Sequence record: DRR723986_5272
Reading direction: 5' to 3' (one strand)
Length of the DNA: 62,213 nt
The first letter of the stretch is position 1, and the number at the start of each line of letters is the position of its first letter. The notes below the pieces were generated by a model. That model ran no database searches and was not told the DNA's origin. It saw nothing but the letters and a program-made list of their open reading frames with translations. Both the position numbers and the translations under genes were made by a program. Shown here in pieces: positions 47,577-56,888 of this stretch.

Positions 47577-48189
47577 CATCGACGCCCTGGAGCAGCGCTA
47601 CCGGGCAGCCCTGATCAATTCGGTTACCGGGTTCAAGCCCGCCAACCTGGTTGGAACGGCTGATTCACAGGGCCACAGCAATCTGGCAATCATCAGTTCG
47701 GTCGTGCACCTGGGGTCACACCCGCCCCTGCTGGCCATGATCATGCGTCCCAGCCCGGTCGAACGGCACACCCTGGAAAATATCCTCGCAACCGGTAATT
47801 ACAGCATTAACCATGTCAGCGAGGACTTCATCGATGCAGCGCACCAGACGGCGGCTCGTTACCCGCGGGATACCTCAGAGTTCGCGGCAACCGGACTGAC
47901 AGAACGCTGGCTTGCCGGCTTTGGCGCACCGTTCGTCGCGGAAGCCCAGGTCTGCCTGGGTATGGCGCTGCGCGAACACCAGAAGCTCGAGATCAATGGG
48001 ACTCACCTGGTCGTCGGGGAAATTCTGCACCTGGAAGTGCCCGATCACTGTATCGCCGAGGACGGCTCCATCGACCTCGGCGCCGCCGGTACCGTTGCCG
48101 TGAGCGGACTGGACAGCTATCACCGGGCCCAGCGCATCAGGCGCATGGCCTATGCCAAGCCCGACCGGGAACCGCTGAGGCTGGACTGA
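47557..48189 (+). CDS. Flavin reductase family (DIM6/NTAB-like) protein
   Basis: INSVTGFKPANL, NLAI.SSVVHLG, RHTLENI, AHQTAARY, SGLDSYH. Confidence 0.85.
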   Translation: MHLDSRDIDALEQRYRAALINSVTGFKPANLVGTADSQGHSNLAIISSVVHLGSHPPLLAMIMRPSPVERHTLENILATGNYSINHVSEDFIDAAHQTAARYPRDTSEFAATGLTERWLAGFGAPFVAEAQVCLGMALREHQKLEINGTHLVVGEILHLEVPDHCIAEDGSIDLGAAGTVAVSGLDSYHRAQRIRRMAYAKPDREPLRLD

Positions 48190-48259
48190 GCAACGACCGC
48201 GTTTGTCTGCCGCGCGGTGGCCCTTTAGACTGGCCCCGCGACCACAAACGAGTACAGGC

Positions 48260-49798
48260 ATGAACACACCCGGTAACGTGCCCCAGGGATTTACTCAACG
48301 CGCCCTGGCCGGCGTCGAACGGATCGGCAACAAGCTGCCTGATCCAGCTATGCTGTTCATTGCGCTGCTGTTTATTGTGTGGGGGCTCTCCTGGCTGTTC
48401 TCCTACGGCAATTACAGCGCGATCGACCCGCGCACCGGTGACCCGGTCATCATTGTCAATCAGCTGTCCGGCACCGCCCTGACCGCTTTTTTTGCCGCTA
48501 TGGTGAACAACTTCGCGCACTTCCACCCCATCGGCGTGGTGCTGGTGGCCATGCTCGGTATCGGTGTGGCGGAACACACAGGCTTCATCAACACCGGCCT
48601 GCGCGCGCTGATGACAGTGACCGCACGGTGGCTGCTGACCCCGATGATTATCCTGGTCGGCATTGTCAGCCATACGGCGGCGGATGCCGGCTATGTGCTG
48701 GTTATCCCCCTGGGCGGCATCATTTTCTATGCCGCTGGCCGGCACCCCCTCGCGGGGATTGCCGCCGCCTTTGCCGGCGTGTCCGGTGGATTTTCCGCCA
48801 ACTTCATTCCCTCCGCGATCGATCCCATGCTGCAGGGCATTTCCCAGTCAGGTGCGCAGATCCTCGACCCGGACATCACCCTCAATCCGCTGAACAATTT
48901 TTTCTTCACTGCCAGTTCGTCCCTGCTGATTATCGCCCTCGGCTGGCTGGTCACCGACAGGATTGTGGAGCCGCGGCTGCAGGCCACAGCCCTTGACGGA
49001 GAACTGCAGGACCTGCCGGGCATGGAAGCGCTCGGTGATACCGAACGCCGCGCCCTGCGCAGTGCGCTGCTGGCGATGTTTGCCGGCATCGCCCTGCTCG
49101 CGCTGAGCGCCTGGCCCGAACAGTCGGCCTGGCGCGGCCCTTCAGGCTCGCTAACCGAACGCGGAGCGCCCCTGATGGCCTCCATCGTGCCGCTGATCTT
49201 CGTCCTGTTCCTGCTCCCCGGCACGGTTTACGGCCTGCGCGCCGGCACCGTAAGCAGTGCCCGGGATCTCATTGAGGGCATGACCAAAGCCATGCATTCA
49301 ATGGCCTATTACCTGGTCATCATGTTCTTCATTGCCCAGTTCCTGTATGCCTTCAACCAGTCGAACCTGGGTATCCTGCTGGCTTTGGAGGGCGCTGCGG
49401 CGCTCAAGGCCCTGGGTTTACCGGCGGCGCTGACCATCAGCGGCATCGTGCTGCTGACCGGAATAATCAACCTGTTTGTCGGCTCCGCCTCGGCAAAGTG
49501 GGCCCTGCTGGCACCGATTTTCGTCCCCATGCTGATGGAACTGGGCATCTCGCCTGACCTGACCCAGGCGGCTTACCGGGTGGGTGACTCGACGACCAAT
49601 ATCATTACCCCCCTGATGCCCTACTTCCCGCTGGTCGTGGTCTATTGCCAACGCTACGTTACCCGCGCCGGTATCGGCACCGTCACCGCGATGATGCTGC
49701 CCTACTCACTTACTTTCATCTGCGTGTGGACGGCTTACCTGCTGATCTACTGGAGTCTGGGAATTCCCCTGGGCCTGCAGGCGAGCTACAGCTACTGA
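48260..49798 (+). CDS. AbgT-family transporter
   Basis: ERIGNKLPDP, GRHPLAG..AAFAGVSGGFSAN, GSASAKW, YRVGDS.TN; promoter TTGTCT-17-TAGACT at 48203-48231. Confidence 0.92.
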   Translation: MNTPGNVPQGFTQRALAGVERIGNKLPDPAMLFIALLFIVWGLSWLFSYGNYSAIDPRTGDPVIIVNQLSGTALTAFFAAMVNNFAHFHPIGVVLVAMLGIGVAEHTGFINTGLRALMTVTARWLLTPMIILVGIVSHTAADAGYVLVIPLGGIIFYAAGRHPLAGIAAAFAGVSGGFSANFIPSAIDPMLQGISQSGAQILDPDITLNPLNNFFFTASSSLLIIALGWLVTDRIVEPRLQATALDGELQDLPGMEALGDTERRALRSALLAMFAGIALLALSAWPEQSAWRGPSGSLTERGAPLMASIVPLIFVLFLLPGTVYGLRAGTVSSARDLIEGMTKAMHSMAYYLVIMFFIAQFLYAFNQSNLGILLALEGAAALKALGLPAALTISGIVLLTGIINLFVGSASAKWALLAPIFVPMLMELGISPDLTQAAYRVGDSTTNIITPLMPYFPLVVVYCQRYVTRAGIGTVTAMMLPYSLTFICVWTAYLLIYWSLGIPLGLQASYSY

Positions 49799-49824
49799 CG
49801 TCAACCATCTCGGGATTGAGCACA

Positions 49825-50475
49825 ATGGCATCCAACAGTTTCCGGCAACGTTTCCCAGGCCCTTTTGTCCTGGCCCGGGCTTTCAAGCTGTTCTATTCAA
49901 AGCATTCACATCTGGTTGTATCCGGCTATGTGGAAAGCATCCGGCGCCGGCAACCCTGCGGTCCGCAGGGCGAACCTCTACCCTGGATGAACTATGCCGT
50001 GATATTTTTTCTCGAGCAGCGCTTGCTGCCGGAGCACAGGCTGTTCGAATACGGCAGCGGTTTCTCGACGCGCTTCTACGCTGACCGCGTGGGTGCGGTC
50101 ACCTCGGTGGAACACGACCGGGAGTGGTTTGAACAGGGCCGCAAGACACTGCCCATGAATGTGGAACTGCTGCACATCGACCTCGAGGACGGCGACCGCT
50201 ATGCCACCGCCATACAGGGCACCGAGCGGATGTTCGATATTGTGGTCATCGACGGTCGCCAACGACAGCAGTGCGTCGAGGCGTCGATCTCCTGCCTGAC
50301 ACCCGGTGGCGTGATCATCTTCGATGACTCTGATCGTGCGCGTTACCAGGCTTCCCAGGCCAGATTGCTGGAGACCGGCTTCCGGCGACTCGACTTTCGC
50401 GGACTGAAACCGGGCGGCATGTCTTCACACCAAACATCGATCTTCTACCGCGATGGGAACTGCCTGGCGATTTGA
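49825..50475 (+). CDS. Class I SAM-dependent methyltransferase-like protein
   Basis: PLPWMNY, FEYGSGFST, VEHD, IDGR, GGVIIFDDS. Confidence 0.8.
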   Translation: MASNSFRQRFPGPFVLARAFKLFYSKHSHLVVSGYVESIRRRQPCGPQGEPLPWMNYAVIFFLEQRLLPEHRLFEYGSGFSTRFYADRVGAVTSVEHDREWFEQGRKTLPMNVELLHIDLEDGDRYATAIQGTERMFDIVVIDGRQRQQCVEASISCLTPGGVIIFDDSDRARYQASQARLLETGFRRLDFRGLKPGGMSSHQTSIFYRDGNCLAI

Positions 50476-50526
50476 GCCGGGGCGGCCAGTCTGGCGGTTC
50501 AGCGCCCGCTATGCTATTACACCACT

Positions 50527-51762
50527 ATGGCTTTTCAGCGCTTCACGGACTTAACCCCGGGCCTGTTGGTGTTTCGGCCGGCAGTTACCCTGCGCTATAT
50601 CGCCTTATGCTTACTGACCACCCTCGCCGCCTGCGCGAGCCGGGTTGAGCCGCCACTTGCAGTCTCCGCAGCAACACCCCAGCCTTTCACGGACTACGCG
50701 GATTTCGGGCCGCGCCCGGAGATCCTGTCGCAGGACGCGATTTTCGCCCTGAGTGAGCCCCAGCGAGACGAATTCCTGACCTATTTCAACGCCTGGCAGA
50801 ATCGGGAGGTCAAACCGCACCGCCGCATCACCAACTACCTGCAGCGTTTTGGCACATCCTTCAATTACCAGGGGGATACGTTTACCGCGGAACAGACCAT
50901 GCGCCTGCAGAGCGGCAACTGTATGTCGATGGCCGTACTGACTACTGCCCTGGCCAACACTGCAGGTGTTGAAGTGGGCTACCAGCTGGTGGATTCGATA
51001 CCCGTTTACGAACTGGAGAACGACCTGGCATTCAAGGGCCAGCATGTGCGCAGCTACCTCTTCGATCCGGGCTACGTACCCGATGGCAGCGGTTTCACGA
51101 TCATCCGGCGCCCCGGGATTATCGTTGATTACTTCCCCTCCGGCCGCGAACACTTTATCGGCAACATCAGCGAGCAGGAATACGTGGCCATGTTCTACCG
51201 TAATCGCGCGGCCAGTGCGCTGGCTGCAGACGATTTCAATGCTGCCTTCTGGTTCTTGCGAGAGTCGATGGTGCACGCCCCCGAACATCCCGATGCCATC
51301 AATACCCTGGCAATCTTGCACCGTCGCATCGGTGACAACGCTCGGGCTGAGCGACTCTACCGCTACGGTATCGAAATCGCCGATGAGAAAGTGTCGTTGA
51401 TCAAGAACTACCGCAACATGCTGCGCTATCTCGGGCGCGAGGAAGAAGCCGCAGTGCTGGAGTCACAACTGCACACCCTGTACGACCCCAGCCCCTTCAG
51501 CTGGCTGGGCCTGGCCGAAGAGGCCTTCGATAGAGAGGACTATCTGCTGTCAGTCAGGATGTACGACAAGGCGCTGGCCGTCGCCCCCTACCTGCAGGAA
51601 GCACACCTGGGCAAGGTTCAGGCCCAGCTGAAGCTCGGTCAGCTCTACGCCGCGGTCAAGTCACTCGACGAGGCGACCGAGTATATGTACGAGCCCGAGG
51701 AAAAAGCCCTGTACACGGCAAAGCTAAGCACCCTGAAGCACCACCTCAACAACGACCTGTAG
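50527..51762 (+). CDS. Lipoprotein with transglutaminase-like domain and TPR repeats
   Basis: Lipobox LAAC; GNCMS (Cys), QHV (His), VDY (Asp); C-terminal TPRs; start uncertain. Confidence 0.7.
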   Translation: MAFQRFTDLTPGLLVFRPAVTLRYIALCLLTTLAACASRVEPPLAVSAATPQPFTDYADFGPRPEILSQDAIFALSEPQRDEFLTYFNAWQNREVKPHRRITNYLQRFGTSFNYQGDTFTAEQTMRLQSGNCMSMAVLTTALANTAGVEVGYQLVDSIPVYELENDLAFKGQHVRSYLFDPGYVPDGSGFTIIRRPGIIVDYFPSGREHFIGNISEQEYVAMFYRNRAASALAADDFNAAFWFLRESMVHAPEHPDAINTLAILHRRIGDNARAERLYRYGIEIADEKVSLIKNYRNMLRYLGREEEAAVLESQLHTLYDPSPFSWLGLAEEAFDREDYLLSVRMYDKALAVAPYLQEAHLGKVQAQLKLGQLYAAVKSLDEATEYMYEPEEKALYTAKLSTLKHHLNNDL

Positions 51763-51809
51763 CCGTTGCGCATACTGTCTGTTCACGGACAGTGCTGTCG
51801 CCGGCGCGC

Positions 51810-51846
51810 TTGACCCGAACCCAGTCGCCACTTAGACTAAGTTCTA
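51810..51846 (+). promoter_or_regulatory. sigma70 promoter for the SDR-HCCA isomerase operon with overlapping imperfect palindrome
   Basis: TTGACC (51810-51815), 17 bp, TAGACT (51833-51838); TAGA-CTAAGT-TCTA overlaps the -10. Confidence 0.6.
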
Positions 51847-51870
51847 CTTTGATACCTATATAGGCAGACC

Positions 51871-52596
51871 ATGTCCAAGGGACCGGTTCTGGTAATGGGC
51901 GCCGGTGATGCCATCGGCAGCGCTATCGTCCGCACCTTCGCCCGTGCCGGACACACTGTCTGTGCGGCGCGGCGCTCCGGGGAGAAACTGCAGCCCCTGG
52001 TCGAGGAACTAGGGGCGGAAGGCCATAGCTGCCACGCTTATGCCTGCGATGCCCGCCGGGAGGAGCAGGTCACCGCCTTGTTCGAGCAGATTGAGCAGGA
52101 CGTTGGCCCGCTGTCGGCGGTGATCTTCAATGTCGGCGCGAACGTGCCCATGGGCATTATCGAAACCGACAGCCGGAAGTTCTTCAAGATCTGGGAAATG
52201 GCCTGCTTCGCGGGTTTCCTGACGGGTCGCGAAGCCGCCCGGGTGATGGTTCCACGTCAACAGGGCAGCATCATTTTTACCGGCGCTACCGCCAGTGTCC
52301 GGGGCGCTGCCGGCTTCGCAGCCTTTGCCAGCGCCAAGCATGGCCTCCGTGCGCTGGCCCAGAGCATGGCCCGCGAGTTGGGTCCGAAAAACATCCACGT
52401 GGCGCACGTGGTCATCGATGCAGCGGTGGATACCGCCTGGATCATGGAAAATGTGCCCCAGGCGGCGGAGCTTAAAACCCGCGACGGCGTGGTACTTCCC
52501 GATGACCTGGCCGCCAATTACCTGCACCTGCACCAACAGCCGCGCAATGCCTGGACCTTCGAGATCGACCTGAGGCCATGGATCGAGCGCTGGTAA
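51871..52596 (+). CDS. SDR-family oxidoreductase (atypical, FxxxK)
   Basis: GAGDAIG, TGATASVRG, FASAK, HVAHVVIDA, FEIDLRPW. Confidence 0.88.
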   Translation: MSKGPVLVMGAGDAIGSAIVRTFARAGHTVCAARRSGEKLQPLVEELGAEGHSCHAYACDARREEQVTALFEQIEQDVGPLSAVIFNVGANVPMGIIETDSRKFFKIWEMACFAGFLTGREAARVMVPRQQGSIIFTGATASVRGAAGFAAFASAKHGLRALAQSMARELGPKNIHVAHVVIDAAVDTAWIMENVPQAAELKTRDGVVLPDDLAANYLHLHQQPRNAWTFEIDLRPWIERW

Positions 52597-52608
52597 GGAG
52601 AGCCCGTT

Positions 52609-53202
52609 ATGAGCAAGACCCTGGAATTCTATTTCGATGTGGGCAGCCCGACCGCCTATCTCGCGCACTGCCGGCTGCGCCAGCTGGCTGCACAGTACGA
52701 TCTTGAGCTGCACTATCAGCCCATGCTGTTAGGGGGTGTGTTCAAAGCCACGGACAACACCTCACCGGTCGCGATTCCCGCCAAGGGAAAGTACATGCTG
52801 GAGCAGGACCTGCCGCGCTTTGCGGCACGCTACGGTGTAACGCTGAACTTTAATCCGCATTTCCCGATCAATACCCTGTACCTCATGCGCGGTGCCATCG
52901 CCGCCCAGCGTTCCGGCTGCTTCGACGCCTACCTCGACGCGGTAATGACGGCCATCTGGGTGGACGGCAAGGCCATGGCAGACACCGACGTGGTGCGCGA
53001 AGTACTGGTAGATGCGGGACTGGATGCAGATGCGCTGCTGGCTGCAAGCGGGGAAGACTCGATCAAGCAGGCGCTGATCGCGAACACGGAACAGGCGGTC
53101 GCTCGGGGGGTCTTCGGTGCACCCACCCTGTTCATGGACGGCGCCATGTATTTCGGGCAGGACCGCCTGGATTTCATTGAGCAGGCGCTGCAGGAAGACT
53201 GA
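52609..53202 (+). CDS. 2-hydroxychromene-2-carboxylate isomerase / GST-kappa (DsbA-fold) protein
   Basis: FYFDVGSPTAYL, PMLLGG, GVFGAP, FGQDRL. Confidence 0.88.
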   Translation: MSKTLEFYFDVGSPTAYLAHCRLRQLAAQYDLELHYQPMLLGGVFKATDNTSPVAIPAKGKYMLEQDLPRFAARYGVTLNFNPHFPINTLYLMRGAIAAQRSGCFDAYLDAVMTAIWVDGKAMADTDVVREVLVDAGLDADALLAASGEDSIKQALIANTEQAVARGVFGAPTLFMDGAMYFGQDRLDFIEQALQED

Positions 53203-53309
53203 GACCAAAGGTCAAGAGCAAGTCGGGCACCAACTGACGGCACTTTTTACCAAAGTCTTAGTCCTGTATCTCAACTATACTTCTCTCCTGACGCAGCAGG
53301 AGACATGAC

Positions 53310-54176
53310 ATGCAGCCAGATCCCGAAGATCGCTACACGGAGGCGAGAAGCCAGTCCACGGGCCTGCCCCTGGGACTGATGATCGCGGTGGTGGTGATTC
53401 TGGCCGGACTCGCCATCTGGTACTTTGGCCGCAGCGAACCGGAACCGCCACCCCCCGTCCCCGAACCCGCGCCCGTGATAACTCCGGCAACCGCACCGGA
53501 GCCGGAACTGCCACCGGCGCCGGACATACCCGAGGCCGCACCAGTGCCGGAGGAGCCCAATGAGCCGGTGATACCGGTCGAGCCGCCACCAAGCCTTGAG
53601 GGCAGCGACGAGGAACTGAGGTCCCGGCTTGCCGCCGACAACAGCTCGGAGCTGGTGACCGCGGCCCTGATGAATGACAACCTGATCGAGCGTGGCACCG
53701 CCGTGGTCGACAGCCTGAGCCGGGGAGTCATGCTGCACAAGCTATTGCCGGTACCGGCACCCAAGGGCAATTTCTCGGTACTGGAAACCGAGGGTGTGAC
53801 AACCATCGATCCCCAGGGCTATGCGCGCTATGACAGCTATGCGCAGGCAATAGAAGCGCTGGAGACCGACACCCTGGTCGAAAACTTCCATCGCTTCCGA
53901 CCCTTGCTCGAGGAAACCTACGCGGGTCTCGGCTACCAGGCGGAGGACTTCGACAACGCGGTTATCCGCGCCCTGGATCGCATCATTGATACCCCGGTGA
54001 TCGACGCCCCCATACCGGTAGTGAAGCACGAGGCCATCTACCGGTTCGCGGATCCCGACCTGGAGCAGCGGCCCGATCTGCAGAAGCAGCTGCTGCGGAT
54101 GGGACCGGAGAATATCGAGCGGGTCAGGACGCAGGCACAGGCGCTGCGCGACGCACTCCTGGCCGGAAGCCGCTAG
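53310..54176 (+). CDS. DUF3014-domain membrane-anchored protein
   Basis: N-terminal TM, Pro-rich linker, YARYD, YRFADPDLE...QKQLLRMGPEN. Confidence 0.85.
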   Translation: MQPDPEDRYTEARSQSTGLPLGLMIAVVVILAGLAIWYFGRSEPEPPPPVPEPAPVITPATAPEPELPPAPDIPEAAPVPEEPNEPVIPVEPPPSLEGSDEELRSRLAADNSSELVTAALMNDNLIERGTAVVDSLSRGVMLHKLLPVPAPKGNFSVLETEGVTTIDPQGYARYDSYAQAIEALETDTLVENFHRFRPLLEETYAGLGYQAEDFDNAVIRALDRIIDTPVIDAPIPVVKHEAIYRFADPDLEQRPDLQKQLLRMGPENIERVRTQAQALRDALLAGSR

Positions 54177-55015
54177 GGCTTCGACCGAAAGGCCGGCGCC
54201 TCGAAGTCCGGAGCGAGGGCCTTACGCGGATGATAAGCGGTCACCTGCCCCATGAAGGGTGGGTGAATGGAATAGCCCAGCAGCGACTGGAGTCGTCCGG
54301 ACATACCCGCCACCACCTCACGTGGTATGCCGAGGAAGAAATTTTCCTGGGTGCGGGCCCAGGGCTGGCAATACTGGTTCGAAAACGCCCGCCGGGTCCG
54401 CTCACTGCGATTCGCGCCCCCACGGTGCAACAGGGTACCGGCGAACACCACGCAACTGCCCGCCGGCATGACAAGCGGTACACCCAGCCCCGCCAGCCGA
54501 TCGGCATAGCCCGGGTCAGCCTCGCGGTCGCCACTGACGTAGTAGCCGGCGATCTCCTCGTCAGTCCATAAATGGCTGCCCGGTATGACCTCGGTGCCGC
54601 CGTTTTCGGCAGTAAAATCCTCGACCGCCACAATTGTGGACAGGCTGATCATCGGCCGCGGCCGCGGTATCGGATAGAAAGAGTCGTCGGTATGCCAGGG
54701 CTGGGGCGTCTCGCCGGGACTGATCACAATCGCCTGGCTCGCGGTGAGCAGATAGTTGGGATCGAGCAGGCTGTCGCACAGGGCCATCACCCGGTCATCG
54801 CCGACCACGTCCTGAAAAACGCGATCGCGGGCGACCAGCGTGTAAATGCGCTCGGTCAGCGTTCCCTCGAAGTTATTGCGCCCGGCGCGCTGTCCCAGCC
54901 AGTCATCATAGAGCGCATTCACCCGCTGCAACTGCTCGCTGCTGAGAAACTCCGGCAGGAAGGTATAGCCGCGTTCGCGAATCTCGCCGAGTGCCGTCAC
55001 CAGGTCACTTGTCAT
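54173..55015 (-). CDS. Phytanoyl-CoA dioxygenase (PhyH) family protein
   Basis: GRNNFEG, PGETPQPWHTDD, NGGTEVIPGSH, LHRGGAN, R.QEN. Confidence 0.88.
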   Translation of the reverse strand: MTSDLVTALGEIRERGYTFLPEFLSSEQLQRVNALYDDWLGQRAGRNNFEGTLTERIYTLVARDRVFQDVVGDDRVMALCDSLLDPNYLLTASQAIVISPGETPQPWHTDDSFYPIPRPRPMISLSTIVAVEDFTAENGGTEVIPGSHLWTDEEIAGYYVSGDREADPGYADRLAGLGVPLVMPAGSCVVFAGTLLHRGGANRSERTRRAFSNQYCQPWARTQENFFLGIPREVVAGMSGRLQSLLGYSIHPPFMGQVTAYHPRKALAPDFEAPAFRSKP

Positions 55016-56888
55016 CGGTTCCTCCACCGGGGGTCCCCTGAGGCAGCCTGTTGGGATCATTCGCATCCCGGGACGGTGCCTCAACGCGCTCTTTCAACAC
55101 CAGGCTGGCCACGGTCCACCCCGCGCCGGGAGACAACTCCCGCCCGGCACGGAACGGCGTCAACTCACCTTTCCCATTCCAGGCCAGCAGGGGTACCCGG
55201 GTACCCCTGGCGCCGGCCAGGTAATCATCAAAGGAGTATTCCTCAGTCAGCAGCGTGGTCTTGATCTCAGCACCCTTGCTGAGCATGCTGAGCAGCTTTG
55301 ACAGGCTGACCTGGTCCCCGAACAGTCGCCGGCCGCGCAGGTTCCGGGTCGGGGCATGCTTTTGACTGCCCGAGGTCGCGGCATCGACCGTCACTGGCAG
55401 CGCATACACGTTGCCGCGACCGAATTCCCCCGCGAAATAGGCGCAAGCGAGGTAATTGAAGTCCGTATTGCGCGACATGGCGAACAGTTTACCGATGCCG
55501 GTCAGGTCCAGGGTCCGGTCCGCGTGGTCGGACATGGGGTTACCGTAGAACGTCGCGATACCCGCCATCCGCGCATCACGCAGACCATCCCAGTTACTGT
55601 GACTCACAACCACGCTGAATCCGGCGTTATGCAAGGTCTGGGCAACAGCGGTGGTCAGGGGGTTGGCGCCCACCAGCAGCACACCCTCGGGCTCGGGCTG
55701 GGCAACGCCGAGGAACCGCGCGAGCAAGCCCGCAGTAAAACTCTGCAACACCACCGTACCGACAATCACCACAAAGGTCAGGGGTACCAGCAGCGACGCG
55801 TCCGCGATGCCCAGTTCTTCCATACGCAGGGCAAAGACCGCACTGATCGCGGCTGCGATAATCCCTCGCGGCCCGATCCAGGCGATGGTCAGGCGCTCCT
55901 GCCAGCTCAGGCTCGAACCGATACTGCACAGCGCCACCTTGAGCGGACGGGCAATAAACTGGATACCCAGCATCACCAGCAGTGCCGGCCAGCCGACCAG
56001 CTTGAGCTGGTCGAAATCCAGGCGTGCCGCGAGCAGGATGAACAGGCCGGAGATCAGCAGGATGCTGAGGCTCTCCTTGAAGTCCAGAATCTCCTGGATA
56101 TGCAGCCCCCGGGTATTGGCCAGCCATACACCCATGATCGTTACCGCCAGCAGGCCCGACTCTGGTGCCAGCACATCAGACAGGGCAAACACCGCGAACA
56201 CCACCAGCAAGGTGGCGACGTTCTGCAGGTAGTGGGGAATGTTGTCGCTGCGCAGCGCCCAACCCCAGAGGAAACCGGCGGCACAGCCAAGCAGGCCGCC
56301 CACGCCCAGCAGGCGCAATAAGAGCAATCCCACCTGCGGCAGACCGTTGCCCGCCTCCTGCGCCGCGATGATCAGGGCAAAGGTGAGCACCGCAAGCATG
56401 GCACCCACCGGGTCAATGAGAATGCCCTCCCAGCGCAGGATGTTGGCGATCGAGCGATTCGGCCTGACCGCCTGGATCATCGGCATGATGACGGTTGGTC
56501 CGGTCACCGTCATGATCGAACCGAACAGCAGCGCCAGCTGCCAGCTGGCCCCCACGATCAACCAGACAAACAGGGTGACGCCAGCCCAGGTCACCAGCAC
56601 GCCGCTGGTCACCAGCCGCCGCACGACCTTGCCGTGGCCCCGGATTTCATCGTAATTGAGGGTGAGACTGCCCTCGAACAGGATCACCGCCACCGCCAGG
56701 GAGATAAACGGAAACAGCAGATCACCAAACAGGGCATCGGGATCGAGCGCGCCACTGACTGGCCCCAGCACCAGGCCGCTCGCCAGCAGGAACAGGATAG
56801 CGGGAACCCGTAATCGCCAGGCCAGCCACTGGGAGGCCAATGACAGCAGGCCAATACCAACCAGCACGAGCATCACCTCGTGGTGCAT
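55005..56888 (-). CDS. CPA1 cation:proton antiporter (NhaP-like) with C-terminal NAD-binding/RCK-like domain
   Basis: ILFEGSL, VTGPTV, WEGILIDP, GPRGIIAA; LLVGAN domain. Confidence 0.88.
   Translation of the reverse strand: MHHEVMLVLVGIGLLSLASQWLAWRLRVPAILFLLASGLVLGPVSGALDPDALFGDLLFPFISLAVAVILFEGSLTLNYDEIRGHGKVVRRLVTSGVLVTWAGVTLFVWLIVGASWQLALLFGSIMTVTGPTVIMPMIQAVRPNRSIANILRWEGILIDPVGAMLAVLTFALIIAAQEAGNGLPQVGLLLLRLLGVGGLLGCAAGFLWGWALRSDNIPHYLQNVATLLVVFAVFALSDVLAPESGLLAVTIMGVWLANTRGLHIQEILDFKESLSILLISGLFILLAARLDFDQLKLVGWPALLVMLGIQFIARPLKVALCSIGSSLSWQERLTIAWIGPRGIIAAAISAVFALRMEELGIADASLLVPLTFVVIVGTVVLQSFTAGLLARFLGVAQPEPEGVLLVGANPLTTAVAQTLHNAGFSVVVSHSNWDGLRDARMAGIATFYGNPMSDHADRTLDLTGIGKLFAMSRNTDFNYLACAYFAGEFGRGNVYALPVTVDAATSGSQKHAPTRNLRGRRLFGDQVSLSKLLSMLSKGAEIKTTLLTEEYSFDDYLAGARGTRVPLLAWNGKGELTPFRAGRELSPGAGWTVASLVLKERVEAPSRDANDPNRLPQGTPGGGTDDK

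Noticed and set aside
53440-53600. Repetitive CCG/GAA-rich DNA
   Set aside because: Encodes the Pro/Glu-rich linker of DUF3014; not a repeat array
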